From contig MU054187.1 of assembly GCA_013239625.1 (NCBI GenBank), positions 15,392,941 to 15,456,940 on the forward strand: a stretch of DNA of 64,000 nt. The letters are read 5' to 3'. This document shows positions 28,801-40,489 of this stretch, one piece after another. Numbering within the stretch: position 1 is the first letter of the stretch; each line of letters opens with the position of its first letter. Under the pieces are notes generated by a model. It was not told the DNA's origin and did not search any database. It saw nothing but the letters and a program-made list of their open reading frames with translations. This DNA comes from Lama guanicoe (Eukaryota). The translations under genes were made by a program, and so were the position numbers.

Positions 28801-28920
28801 TTTTCTTTTTTGCTAGGGAAGATAATTAGGTTTTATTTTTAGAGAAGATACTAGGGATTGAACCCAGGACCTCATGCATGCAAAGCATACACTCTACCAC
28901 TTGAACTATACCCTCCCCCC
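28801..28920 (-). mobile_element. tRNA-derived SINE, camelid Vic-1-like
   Basis: gggattgaacccaggacctcatgcatgcaaagcatacactctaccacttgaactataccctcccc is the reverse complement of a tRNA-Ala-like head; T-rich tail; imperfect TSD aattgttttaatttt / aattattttaatttt. Confidence 0.85.
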
Positions 28921-31900
28921 CAATTATTTTAATTTTACTAAAAAGAAGAGGTAGTTCCTTAAATTGTTAGGTTGTTACTTTTTAAAAAAAATTAAGGTTT
29001 TGTTTTGAAGTAGATTTTAAGTAAAATACTGCCACATCTCCCTCACATCTCTCTAATTTCCAGGAGACCCTAATATGTGCATTGCCCTAAGGTAATGCTA
29101 CTTTCTCAATACCTGGCGAAGCCCTTCTGTCCAGAAACACAGGTGTTCCCTTTGAAACCTGACCCTGGTGCATTTTTCCCTGTAACTACAAAGTCTTTTC
29201 AAAACAGGTGAAGCACAGAAATTAAACACCCGAGGTAATTTCTGAGTTGTGAGGAATGAATTTACGGCTGTTTTCCGTCGTGTTTTTGATGCCAGATGAC
29301 TTTGTCACAAAAACATCTTGCACTCTTTTAGCATAGATTGAATGATTGATTGATTTCATTGATGTCTGTTTCTCGAGTGTAGTTCTGATAATACCACCAA
29401 CAGAGGAAAAAGAAGGTGGCTAAGATTTTATAATGAGGCATTATATTTGGACTTTGAATCTGAAGTCTTGTGAACTGTCAAGTGTGTTACTTCCATAGAA
29501 ACAAATTCTTTCTTAGAGGTCAAGTTATTGCTATTGAGAGGATCACGTTGATAGCTTATTCCATCAGATTTGGGGGTTGCACTTTCTGATTTAAATAGGA
29601 AAACACAACAGTGATTTCTGAGGGATTTTGTTTTGACGTATGATGAATGTTTATAAACCTGTTTTTCCAAAAGTTATGGCAGGGCAAGAATTATCTTTTA
29701 AACGTGGTGTTTAGGAAGAGATAGCTGTATATGCCTTTGATTTTCTTCAGCTGCTTCTTCAGACCTGAGTGGGCTAAAAAAATGTTGGTTTTCTAGAATG
29801 GTAGAAAGTCGTGCAATCCTATTTCCCCCTGCTGAGAATGACATTTAACAATTATTGAACTATGTGAGGGTTTTCAGTCAGTAGATTATTTCTGTGTGCA
29901 TTTAAAAGTGTCAGATCACGCTGGTCAATTTCCAATGAAAATTCTTAATTCACTTATAAATTTTTTCAATAGTGAATATCACTATATGAAATGAACTACT
30001 TAACAGCTTCAGTGTTACCTAGAGTATTTCCTTTGGTAGACTAATTATCACGTTATCTTCACCAATAAGTGTTTATCAGTAACTTTTTGGACAAAGTCCA
30101 TCATTTCCATGCCTACCGCTGATCTTCGAGGATTTATGTTGAAGAGTCTAATTACACAGATTTGCACCAAGCAGATAGTATCACAGATCTTTACTCTATA
30201 TTCTTTAATACAATCTAAAATAATAATTAAAAAGTTCTTTAATGTTAGATATTCTGTGTGAAATAAATATTTGACTTTTATTTGGAAAAACAGCCCACTA
30301 TTCACTTTAGATTTTTGTACTAACATTTTTGAAGTCTCAGTTATAAGAAAATGCTCTTCAGACAAATTCTTAGTAACTAATTTACATTGGCTTTCAACTC
30401 TTGCTTAATGTACTACAATAATAATTTTGAAGCTATAAAGAATCAATGAATTTTAAAATTATCTGACTCTGGAAAGAGCTATATAAATTTACTATGGTCA
30501 AGAAAATGTATGTGAAAATATTTAATCCTTTTTAAGAGAGAAACTATTCTCAGTATCAAAGAGAAAGAAAGAGTTACACTGCTAATAACTGTTTTTGCCT
30601 AATGTGTGGTGATACAACCTCTGGTAAGCTAGCAATAGTAACTCTATTAAAAACTACATTCCTGAGTGATTTGCAACTGTCTTTGACTGTTATTAGAACA
30701 GGATAACAGGCACTCTGGCAGGAATAGGAATTGTGTATGCTGTCCGTATCTCACAAAGGATAGCAATCATGTACTTGTTTCTGTACATGTCTAGAGAGCT
30801 ACATAACTTTTGATTTTTACAAGTACAGTGTTTTAGTTCTAAAATGACTATATATTTCTAGGTTTACTTTTGAAAGTCCTTTGTCAAGGTTCAAGGTTTC
30901 TTATGTACACACACCCGAAAATGATAGAGCCTCTATGTTGAACTGGTTGAAAAATATCACTGGAGACAAAGTATGTTAATATTATGCTAAATGTTTCTTT
31001 TAGTAATAAAACTTCAGTTGAAGGCTCTGCTGTGTTCTCAGAAGGAACAGCTTACGCATGTAGTTGGAAAATAGAGTGGTTTTCATTTCTGCACACCTCA
31101 AGTACCCATTCTGTAAAGAAATGGTAATTTTAAAAGTGGCTTAGCTTTAAATTAGGCCTGGGTGAATAGTTCAGAGAGAAAAACTGAAGCCAGTTAGGCC
31201 ATCTTGATTTAATTTACAATCCTGAATTTAAATAGAAATTTGTAGAGAGTAACCTGCATTTAAATGGGATGGGTATGAATTATTGCCAGTCTTAAAACCT
31301 GAAATATTATGTTGTAGCATAAAAATATACATTCTGTGCTGTTGTCATGTTATGATAGTATTTCTTCCAGTATAACTATTTTCAGTATTTTTTTTAAAGA
31401 ATGTTCTTAATTCGTATTATTGAACTTGACCTAAACACCACATGCTTGATTAGATTTTTTAAATAATTACTCTTTAAATTGTCACTAATATGTATTAAAT
31501 ATTGGTAGCAAATTTTAATTGCATGCCCTCTGCCTCAGTTCTCACAGTAAAATAATGTATGTCCCTATTTTAGCATATCATTTAGCATAGTTCATTTGCT
31601 ATGCTCTACCTCCCAGTTTTAATGGATTAAATAGAAAACAAGTCATGCTGTAAAAACAGCTTATCCATAATATATACTCAGTAATTGAATTTCAGTCTTC
31701 AAAGAGACCTGAGTTATCTATTTCAACTGACACATTTTACAGGTAAGAAAACTTAGCTTAAGTATTTGAATGATATGTTTCAGACTTTATTCCAATTTCT
31801 ACACATCAGGTATATAAACAAATTTTGGAAATACAACATATTTGTGAATTTGGAAGTGGTCGTATATCTTCTCTAAAAAGGGTCCATCTTCAATTTTGTA

Positions 31901-34900
31901 GGAAAAACTGACATCTAAGGTTGTAGCATTGTGTGCAAAACAAGAGTAAATTGACCTTGAATGAGGACCTTAAGGACTCTCTTAGCTGGGAGGTTCTTGC
32001 CCTGGATCTCACTTGTTTACAGTGACCTGGACATGCAAACCCACGGCTCTCGTGGTTGGGCTAGGAAAACTCAGACAATAGGAACCCCTCTTCTATCTGT
32101 CTCTGTCTCTGTGTGGTCTCTCCGTATTATTTTTCCAGCTACCTTTTCTGGGTAGCTGAACTCCTAATTTGTTGGCTGAGATCTGTTAAGATGTGTGTCT
32201 TAAAAGAGAAAGAATCAGAAAGAGGCTGTATTTCCTAACCTAGCCTGGAAAGTCTCACAGTGCCATTCTGTTCATTAGAAGACAGTCGCTATCGAGCTCA
32301 AACTGAAGGGAATTCAGCTCCACCCTTTGTGGGAAGAGTGTTTTAAAACCATTCCAATGGTTTCAAGGCTTTTTTTTTTTTGCCGTCTAGGAATGTTTAT
32401 GTTCTTCTTATGGTTCCTGGCTGCGCTTTGACTAAGAGGTTGCTACGTTGCTAGATTAGAAACCCATGAAGTATGGTTTCACTGTGCATATGACTAAATT
32501 ACTAACCAAGAATCTGATTTCCAAGATTGAAGACAAAGTTTGTCTCTTAAGGACAACTGACTTTCCAGGGAACTCTGCCTGGGAACATGCTTCCTTTTGA
32601 AAGATGACCATCTCCCCAGCCTTTTGGATACAAAAGGAAATCGGCATCTTGCTCATTTTCTGAAACTTCAGCCAAATTCTGTTTCTTACCTAATTTGTTT
32701 GGGTAGATAATGACAGCAACTTGAATCATGCCTTTGCATAATTATGTAAAGTCTAGTTATAAAATTAGGTCTAATTTAAGTAATGAATTTAACTAATAGT
32801 ATGTCTGTATTTGGCAAATCAAGTGCTTATCTGATAAGTATATGGAGCATGCATGCATTCTTGATGTCTATACCACAAAACCAGTCATCTTACACATTTG
32901 ATATTAATTCAAAGTAGAATTCAAATTTTCATAAAAACCAGGTACTTTTTATTTTGCTGCCCTTAATTTTTTAGTAGCATGTAAACACACTTTTTTGTGT
33001 GTTTTGCTAGATAATAAAGATGCACTATAATAAAAATACACTTACTCTTATTTTGTATAAATTTAACTTTTTGGCTTTGAAAGCATGATTTTATATATTT
33101 CAGATCCACAGTTGAATGAGGAGGAATGTTCATTATAAAAAGATTATATGAAGAATAAAGACACTTCTGTTCCCTACACACACCTTTTTTTTTTTTTTGA
33201 GAGGGGCGTCTTTCTTTCTAGTGTCTTGTCATTTTGTCCTATGGTCATGATTAGATTTCTTCCATCCTTTAAAAATCAAAGAAATCAAATTCTCCCTAGT
33301 CTGGCGTCCAGTCTTTTGAGGCTCTGCCCATTTCTCTTCTTCCTCTTCACATTTTCTTTCTCCATTTTCTCTTTTCAGTCACTTATTAACCCTCTGTGTT
33401 GTGATATTTCTACCGAGGATGGATCCGAAATTGCTTTTAGTAATAAATTAGTACCTCCAGACCTCATCTTTTTCAACTTCTCTGTAACATTTGGGCTGTT
33501 GCCCACTCTCCACTCCTGAAATCTCTGTCCTGTTGCTTCTGTAATTGAATCCTCTTTCAGTTTTCCCTTAACCTGTCCGATACCATTTCCCCTAGTTAAG
33601 TTTACTAGCTCATTTTTTTCTTACCTTCAATTTTGATAACCCCAGAATTTTCTTTTCATTTCTCTTCTAATTCTCTATCATCTTCCTGAGGAAGTTTATC
33701 TCTGGGTGAATCACTTCAAAATTTCATATCTTCAGGGCATATTTCTCTCCCCAGAACCCCCTACTTGACATATATACTGCATGTATCACAGACTCCTCAC
33801 ACATCACTCTTAAAATACACAGGCATACACGTCTAGTACAATAATCCATTTCTCTTTCTGTATTTTCTTTCTCACAGTTCGGTGACCTCGTCAGTCTTCA
33901 CCTTTCCCCTCCTTCACCACCTGCTTTCAGTCATCCATCAACTTCTAGGAATTTAAATTCCTAAATTATTATCAGGATTTCATTATTTCAGTCTGTCTGC
34001 TTTTCTCTAGTCTCATTGCTATCACCTCAGGTGTCCTCATTTCCTAGTTCCAGGACTATTTTTTATCCTCTTCGCATGCCCAGAGTCCTGTAATTGTGCC
34101 AGGATTGAACCCAGTTCTACCCGACTCTCTTGTTTTGATCACCACGCTTACTGTACTGCTTGCTTTTCAAAATAACAAATTGAATATTCAACCCAAGGCA
34201 TATGAAATAATAATTATATAATTTTAACTATTTCTTTATAAGTCATTTTAAAAGTACAAATTAATCACTCTTATTTAATTTTATATTTTACAGAATTCAG
34301 ATTCATTCATCATTCGTATAGTCAGCAAACATTTATTAACCCCCTTGTCCATATGGCAGACACAGATAATAGGCTGAAAATACTGGTGTGAGTTAAATAA
34401 CTGCCTCCAAGCATCCCACAGTCCCAGGAAAGAGACACATGGACAGATACTAACATTGCAGTGTATTAGCTGCTAAAGCAAAGGAGCATTACAAAGCTTG
34501 AAGAGCCCAAAGGAGAGGATACTTACATCTAAGAGACTTGAAAGTGTGTCGAGAATATATAAAGGTAGATTGTGAAGAAAGAGTAAGGGTCTGTCTGAGA
34601 AATAACTGGGAGAATGATGTTTTAGGCAGAAGAAACAATGCCAGCAAGAGCAAGGAATAGCATGTTTTATGACAGGAAACAGTGGGACCAAAATGTTGGT
34701 TAGACTTTATGTACACAGGGTTTTGCTGGATGCCTTTAGATAGAGGAATCACTTAAGCATGTTTGTATCCACTTAGGCAATTCTAAACAGTTGTAGAGCA
34801 GTTGTAGAGATGGATGCAAGGAGACTAATTAGGAGGCTAGTGCAAAAACCTATGTGAGAGATGGCGAGAACCGAGACTAAGATGCAGACTTTGCAAAGAA

Positions 34901-35014
34901 GTAAGGAGAGAGAAAACAAAAGAACTGAGTAGCACTGTATTCTAAAGAAATGTCCAAACTTTACATGTGCATAATGCATTTGTATTTGTATTTTATTTTT
35001 GTTTTAAATTGTAG

Positions 35015-35133
35015 ACATGGGATATAGAACTGGAAAGATCTGCAGCATCCTGGGCTGAAAGTTGTTTGTGGGAACATGGACCTGCAAGCTTGCTTCCATC
35101 AATTGGACAGAATTTGGGAGCACATTGGGGAAG
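35015..35133 (+). CDS. CRISPLD1: CRISPLD1 exon 3 (CAP domain)
   Basis: ttgtag|ACATGG; encodes [39 protein letters not shown](R); donor AAG|GTAGC; 119 nt. Confidence 0.97.
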
Positions 35134-35481
35134 GTAGCTTAAAATGTAACATTTTGTTTCTGAAAACATTAGTGTTTGAGATGAAATACTTACTAATGCC
35201 TCATTGTAAATTTTCAAAGGCTTAGTGCCTAAAAGAAAAACAAGCAGTCACACCAAGACAAATAATGATAAAAAAGTCATACTACAATGATTGATAGTAT
35301 TTTAAACTTATTTTTGTTTTAAATTATTGATATATTAGTGATGTAATGTGCAGAAGTATTTAATATTAAAACTTACATAAAAATACCTCTCTACCAAACT
35401 TTATCAATCTTTTTTTGCAATATTTGATTTTATATTTTCTCCAACTTTACTTGCTCTTTGTGGTTATTTTCTTTCAAATAG

Positions 35482-35614
35482 ATATAGGCCCCCAACATTT
35501 CATGTACAAGCATGGTATGATGAAGTAAGAGACTTTAGCTTCCCATACGAACACGAATGCAACCCTTATTGTCCCTTCAGATGTTCCGGTCCTGTATGTA
35601 CTCATTATACACAG
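35482..35614 (+). CDS. CRISPLD1: CRISPLD1 exon 4 (CAP domain, HYTQ motif)
   Basis: aaatag|A; encodes [44 protein letters not shown]; donor CAG|GTATGT; 133 nt. Confidence 0.97.
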
Positions 35615-36642
35615 GTATGTTTTGGGTACATTATACTTCATTCCTTTAAGTTGAGTTCATGTAAACTAACAAAGTTTTCTTTTTTTTGTGCGGGAACTTA
35701 GGATACTAAACATTTGTCTTAGGTCATTTGGTGTGGTTATTAAAAAAAAAACTTACATAAGTATTGATTTATTTAGAATAGGCTTACAAATTTTTATGAA
35801 CAATAAAAATAATTATCAGAAAAAAAGTCCAGACTTTTCTTTAAAAATATGTTACTTCAATGATTTTACATACAAAACATTTTTAATATGGCCCCCATAA
35901 ATGCAAATGGGGAGAGATTTACCATCTTTGAGGTCAGGTGTCTTTATTTTTTTTTACTTTCCAAAGAATAAAGAATAGTTTTATTTACCATGGCATTCAG
36001 CATTTACATGTGTGCAGAATTTGTCTTTCTTTTTTACATTCAATGTTCACATTTAGTATTGGGAATGTTTTAAACTTCTAAATCAGACAACTAAGGGCAG
36101 ATTTGACCTGATAAAGCTCACCACAGATCTGAGTGTCTGGAATTTCTATGACTGATTATTAATGATGAGAAAGCAGACAAATGGCTCTGCGTGCCTTTGC
36201 ATGGGACAAGATCAAGATCAGCAGTGACAGTGAAAATGTCGCATTGTCTAAGAAATTTGAACACCTAAACTTTTACTCTGGTTCTTTCTATTTTAAGATG
36301 AGAAATTCTGTTCCTTTGTTAGGTAAGTTTCTGCATAGAAGAATTCATACAGCATTTCGGTTTGTGAGGATGTAACATTTGAATTACTGAGTCATACATA
36401 AGATGTTTATGTTTTCTATCTGGATACAGTTGTTTACCTATAGATCTCTCTTTTTTTTTTTTAATTTAAATTAAATACTTTCCAAAGTGTCAGGAAAAAT
36501 ATCCTTTTTGTTGTTGCTTCATTTCATTTTGAATGATACATGTTGTTTCTTGAGTCCGCTTTTATACATCTTTCTCTTGGACATGTTGTTGTCTTGCTTT
36601 GTCTCAGCCTACTTTTCTGAGCATTTCTTTTCTCTAATGTAG

Positions 36643-36758
36643 GTGGTGTGGGCGACAAGTAGCCGAATAGGCTGTGCCATTAACTTGTGCCAAAACATGA
36701 ACATCTGGGGGCAGATCTGGCCCAAAGCTATCTACTTAGTGTGCAATTATTCCCCAAA
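36643..36758 (+). CDS. CRISPLD1: CRISPLD1 exon 5 (CAP domain)
   Basis: atgtag|GTG; encodes [38 protein letters not shown](K); donor AAA|GTAAGT; 116 nt. Confidence 0.97.
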
Positions 36759-37277
36759 GTAAGTAGACAAAGTACTGCTTCCATATGCAAATATTTCTTA
36801 ACGACATAAAAATAACTGTATATTCTTGATTTTGTTTTTCTCATTTTCCGTGTAGATTATCAAGTAAAGTCCATTGTTCTAACTCAGTTTACTTCATATG
36901 GCAACAGTTACAGTTGCCTCATGCATAAAATCAGTGCTTAAAAGGAATATGAAAATTGAAAATACAATCTTTGTAAAGACAGGAATCATATTTTTAAGCT
37001 TTCAGTTTTACTTATTGCACTATTATATTGTGTAAATATTCAATAATTTGGATTTATTAGAGATGAAAAACTGTAGACTGAGAATTGTATTTTCACCTGT
37101 GTAAAGACCATTCAAGTAATTAATTGAAAATATTACACAACTGAACGTAGGGTTAAATGTAAGTCTGAAATCTGTTTTTATTAAAACAAATGGAATGTAG
37201 ATGAATATCCCAAAGCAGAAAATTTGTGCTTTGCAAAAATTTGGTTTTGTAGTTTTAAACAATATTCATAGTATATT

Positions 37278-37551
37278 ATTTAGAATATTTTTGAAAGAAT
37301 GATGTAGCAATCTATGTTTAAACTTAATAACAATGAGATATCACCCTTAACCTGTTAGAATGCCTATCATCAACACCAATTTACATTCCCACCAACAAGG
37401 TAGGAGAGTTGCCTTTTCTCCACATCCTCGCCAACATTTTTTATCTGTGTTCTTTTTGATGATAGCCATTTTAACAGGTTAAGGGTGACATCTCAATGTT
37501 ACTAAGTTTAAAAATAGATTGCTACATCATTCTTCCAAAAATATTCTAAAT
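37278..37551. repeat. Inverted repeat: 96-bp arms (37278-37373, 37456-37551) with an 82-nt spacer, partly L1-derived
   Basis: The reverse complement of the right arm aligns ungapped to the left arm with 7 mismatches by manual alignment. The spacer and inner arms resemble L1 ORF2-region sequence (caatttacattcccaccaaca...tctccacatcctcgccaaca). Confidence 0.93.
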
Positions 37552-37626
37552 GTGGAAAACAATATGGGGCATAAAACTGAAACTGAAAATAGGCTACCTC
37601 TTACTAGAGTGGATTATCTTTTTAAG

Positions 37627-37727
37627 GGGAAACTGGTGGGGCCACGCCCCCTACAAACATGGCCGGCCCTGCTCTGCTTGCCCGCCTAGTTTTGGAGGAG
37701 GCTGCAGAGAAAATCTGTGCTACAAAG
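37627..37727 (+). CDS. CRISPLD1: CRISPLD1 exon 6 (cysteine-rich hinge)
   Basis: tttaag|G; encodes [33 protein letters not shown]; donor AAG|GTATGT; 101 nt. Confidence 0.97.
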
Positions 37728-39438
37728 GTATGTGCTATTGTGTTGTAATACTCAGTTTGATTTATATTTTAATCCAAATTCTGCATTAATTTGAGTTTAA
37801 AAAGACAAAAGCACATTTAATTATTACATGAAAAGTCCTCGAACTTGTATTTCAAATATTTTGAAGCCATTTAAAATATTTTTGAAGTATTTATAACATT
37901 AAGTCTATTATACCAATGTGATTTTGAAGGAAAGTTTCATCATGTTAAGATATTAAGATATATTCCATATAACCACTTAATTCTACTTGGAAATTATCTC
38001 AGAGTGACAAGTATATTACTATTTTTGAAAGCCATCTTGATTTAGTGTTGACCAGAATTATTTCTGTAAGTGTCATCATTTTTGAAGAATTTAGAAATTT
38101 AACACAATTTATTTTTAGCACTCTGAAGGTTTTTGCCTAAGTACCTATCCATAAATCTTACTGAATCATGCCCAGTGAGTTATACTAATTCTCTGCTTCT
38201 TACTGCAGAGCACGCAATTTCTCATGCCAAAACAACAAGAAAAGTATAGCAGTATTACAAACTGCTGGAAAAAGTGTTGTTCTCAAATGCGTTTAATGTC
38301 CTCAAAAGTAAATATAATTATGGTTTTCTGTTTATAGCACATGAAGCTAAAATTTACCCGACAAAGCTTTGTGAGAGTCACCCTCTTACTGGCCATTTAA
38401 ATGAACATTTTTACTCCCTTGTACTATTTTTTTCTTAATAATGACTAAATGAGGATTAATGCAGACTAAGTGTAGTAGAAAATATGAGTAAATGCAGCCA
38501 CTTTTCAGTACTTGTAAAGAGATGTCTCTTTTTTTCTCTTATTGATTAAATGGTCATTAACTATAATAAGTAGCCAAGAGGTAACCATATATTTCACTGT
38601 TACATGAGCCATTTTTAATTTCTGAAAACATTTTTCATCGTGTGTGAGTCTGTTTTCCATTCATTGTACCCCCAAACCTCCAACCTGCTTGCTCTGTCAT
38701 CAGTGACCACAGAATTTTACTAATGCTAACTTTCCTCTGAATTCATACTTCCTTTTTCTGGATTCTGAGTTCTTGGACATACATGAAAATCATTTTCAAA
38801 ATATGCCAGCTATGCCCTGTCAAGCCCTTGATATAAGCCAACCTGGAAAAACTATTACATTCAAGGTTTGCTTATTTTCCATTGTTACGTTTAAATTTCT
38901 GCACATTGACTTTCCTTCTACAAAGAAACCTTTCTGTGGAACCTGATAGTGTGGTAAATAAGAACAGCATGCCAATCTGAATTTCCTTTCAGGAGAATTT
39001 TAAACGTGATCCTTTTGAAAATTTTAAATGTGAGCCTCCTGAAAATATGATTTCATTTGAGAAGAAAATTCGAAGTCACTAAGCCTCAACTTTACTAGGT
39101 CACTGTGTAGACTTCCTGGTGTTATGGTGAAAGCCAATGATTGATATAACTTTAAAATATAAGCAAAATTTAGAAATGACTCCATTTAACATTAGCTAAA
39201 TGAGAGCACAAATTAATCAAGGGCTCAAAGTTTGATGCGCATGGTTTATTTACTCCAATGCAGTATGTAAGGGCACCACCTTAAGCCAAAACCTGTGTCA
39301 ATACACAGTACTGCTTTTTCAAATGTTTAACAGGTGTATAAATGTTTTTAATGTTAAACAGGCATATAAAGAAATATCATTATTTATAATTTGTGCGCAT
39401 TTAAAATGGATTCGTGTTTCTTAAATCTGTTCTAACAG

Positions 39439-39579
39439 AAGGATCAGACAGCTACTACCCTCGTCGAGAAGAAGAGACAAATGAGATTGAACGGCAGCAG
39501 CCACACGTCCATGACACCCACATCCAGACAAGAGCAGATGACAGTAACAGAAACGAAGTCATAAGCACACAGCAAATGT
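39439..39579 (+). CDS. CRISPLD1: CRISPLD1 exon 7 (linker)
   Basis: taacag|AA; encodes (E)GSDSYYPRREEETNEIERQQPHVHDTHIQTRADDSNRNEVISTQQM; donor TGT|GTAAGA; 141 nt. Confidence 0.95.
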
Positions 39580-39620
39580 GTAAGATCTCTGCATTGCTTA
39601 CAAACATGTTACTGTTTTAA

Positions 39621-39785
39621 TACCTGGCAGGGGAGATACCATGATCACGAAGGTGGTTTTCCCAGGGTGAGGCTTAGCCATTGCACTTCGGGTGTCCTGA
39701 CCCCTGTGATCTTCCCAAATGTGGGAAACTCGACTGCATAACTTGTGGTAATGGGGGACTGCTTTCACACCTTCCCTTAAAAAAA
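39621..39785 (+). pseudogene. RNU1: U1 snRNA retropseudogene in CRISPLD1 intron 7
   Basis: TACCTGGCAGGGGAGATACCATGATCACGAAGGTGGTTTTCCCAGGG...CTTCCCTT matches U1 from nt 6 to near its 3' end with about 15 substitutions (versus my recall of human U1), followed by an A7 run. The first 5 nt are missing and the Sm site reads AACTTGTGG. Confidence 0.95.
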
Positions 39786-39920
39786 TTTTATTAAAGTTTA
39801 CACTGATGGCTTATTCAGCTGCATTTGTAGAATAGCAAAAACTTGGCATTAGACTGTATGGGATGAATTAGAGCAGCTGTTACATCATCTAAATTATTAT
39901 TATTATTTTTAAAATTGTAG

Positions 39921-39981
39921 CTCAAATTGTTTCTTGTGAAGTAAGATTAAGAGATCAGTGCAAAGGAACAACCTGCAATAG
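39921..39981 (+). CDS. CRISPLD1: CRISPLD1 exon 8 (start of LCCL1)
   Basis: ttgtag|CT; encodes (S)QIVSCEVRLRDQCKGTTCN(R); donor TAG|GTAATG; 61 nt. Confidence 0.96.
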
Positions 39982-40090
39982 GTAATGTTTATTATTACTC
40001 TTAAAATTAACTGACAAAATTTAAAAAATATTTTCATTTTATACTGACATTCAGAGAAGCTAAATTTTGTCCCCCATTTCCTTTGTTTAG

Positions 40091-40157
40091 ATATGAATGC
40101 CCTGCTGGCTGTTTGGATAGCAAAGCTAAAGTTATTGGCAGTGTACATTATGAAATG
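40091..40157 (+). CDS. CRISPLD1: CRISPLD1 exon 9 (LCCL1)
   Basis: gtttag|A; encodes YECPAGCLDSKAKVIGSVHYEM; donor ATG|GTAAGT; 67 nt. Confidence 0.96.
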
Positions 40158-40358
40158 GTAAGTATTATAAATGTAATTATTTGGGGATAGATTCCTTTCA
40201 CATAATGTTTGATTTTTAATTTGAAATATAATGATTTTTATAAGTATAGATATTTTGCTCTGAAGTGTTTGTTTAAAGTCATATCAAGAGTAACTAGTTG
40301 TGTTCTGTGCAGAGCTATTATTATTTTAACATCGTTTTCTCCCTTCCTTTTCTCCCAG

Positions 40359-40489
40359 CAATCCAGCATCTGTAGAGCTGCAATTCATTATGGTATAATA
40401 GACAATGACGGTGGTTGGGTGGATATCACTAGACAAGGAAGAAAACATTATTTCATCAAATCCAATAGAAATGGTATTCAGACAATTGG
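40359..40489 (+). CDS. CRISPLD1: CRISPLD1 exon 10 (LCCL1, SSICRAAIH motif)
   Basis: Polypyrimidine tract then cccag|CAA; encodes QSSICRAAIHYGIIDNDGGWVDITRQGRKHYFIKSNRNGIQTI(G); donor TGG|GTAAGT; 131 nt. Confidence 0.97.

Noticed and set aside
28845..28920. tRNA gene
   Set aside because: A diverged tRNA-like head with A-rich tail and TSD, plus a second copy in the window, indicates a SINE.
39621..39785. Functional U1 snRNA gene
   Set aside because: The 5' end is truncated, the Sm site is altered, it has an A tail, and coding exon 7 lies where a PSE would be; treated as a retropseudogene.
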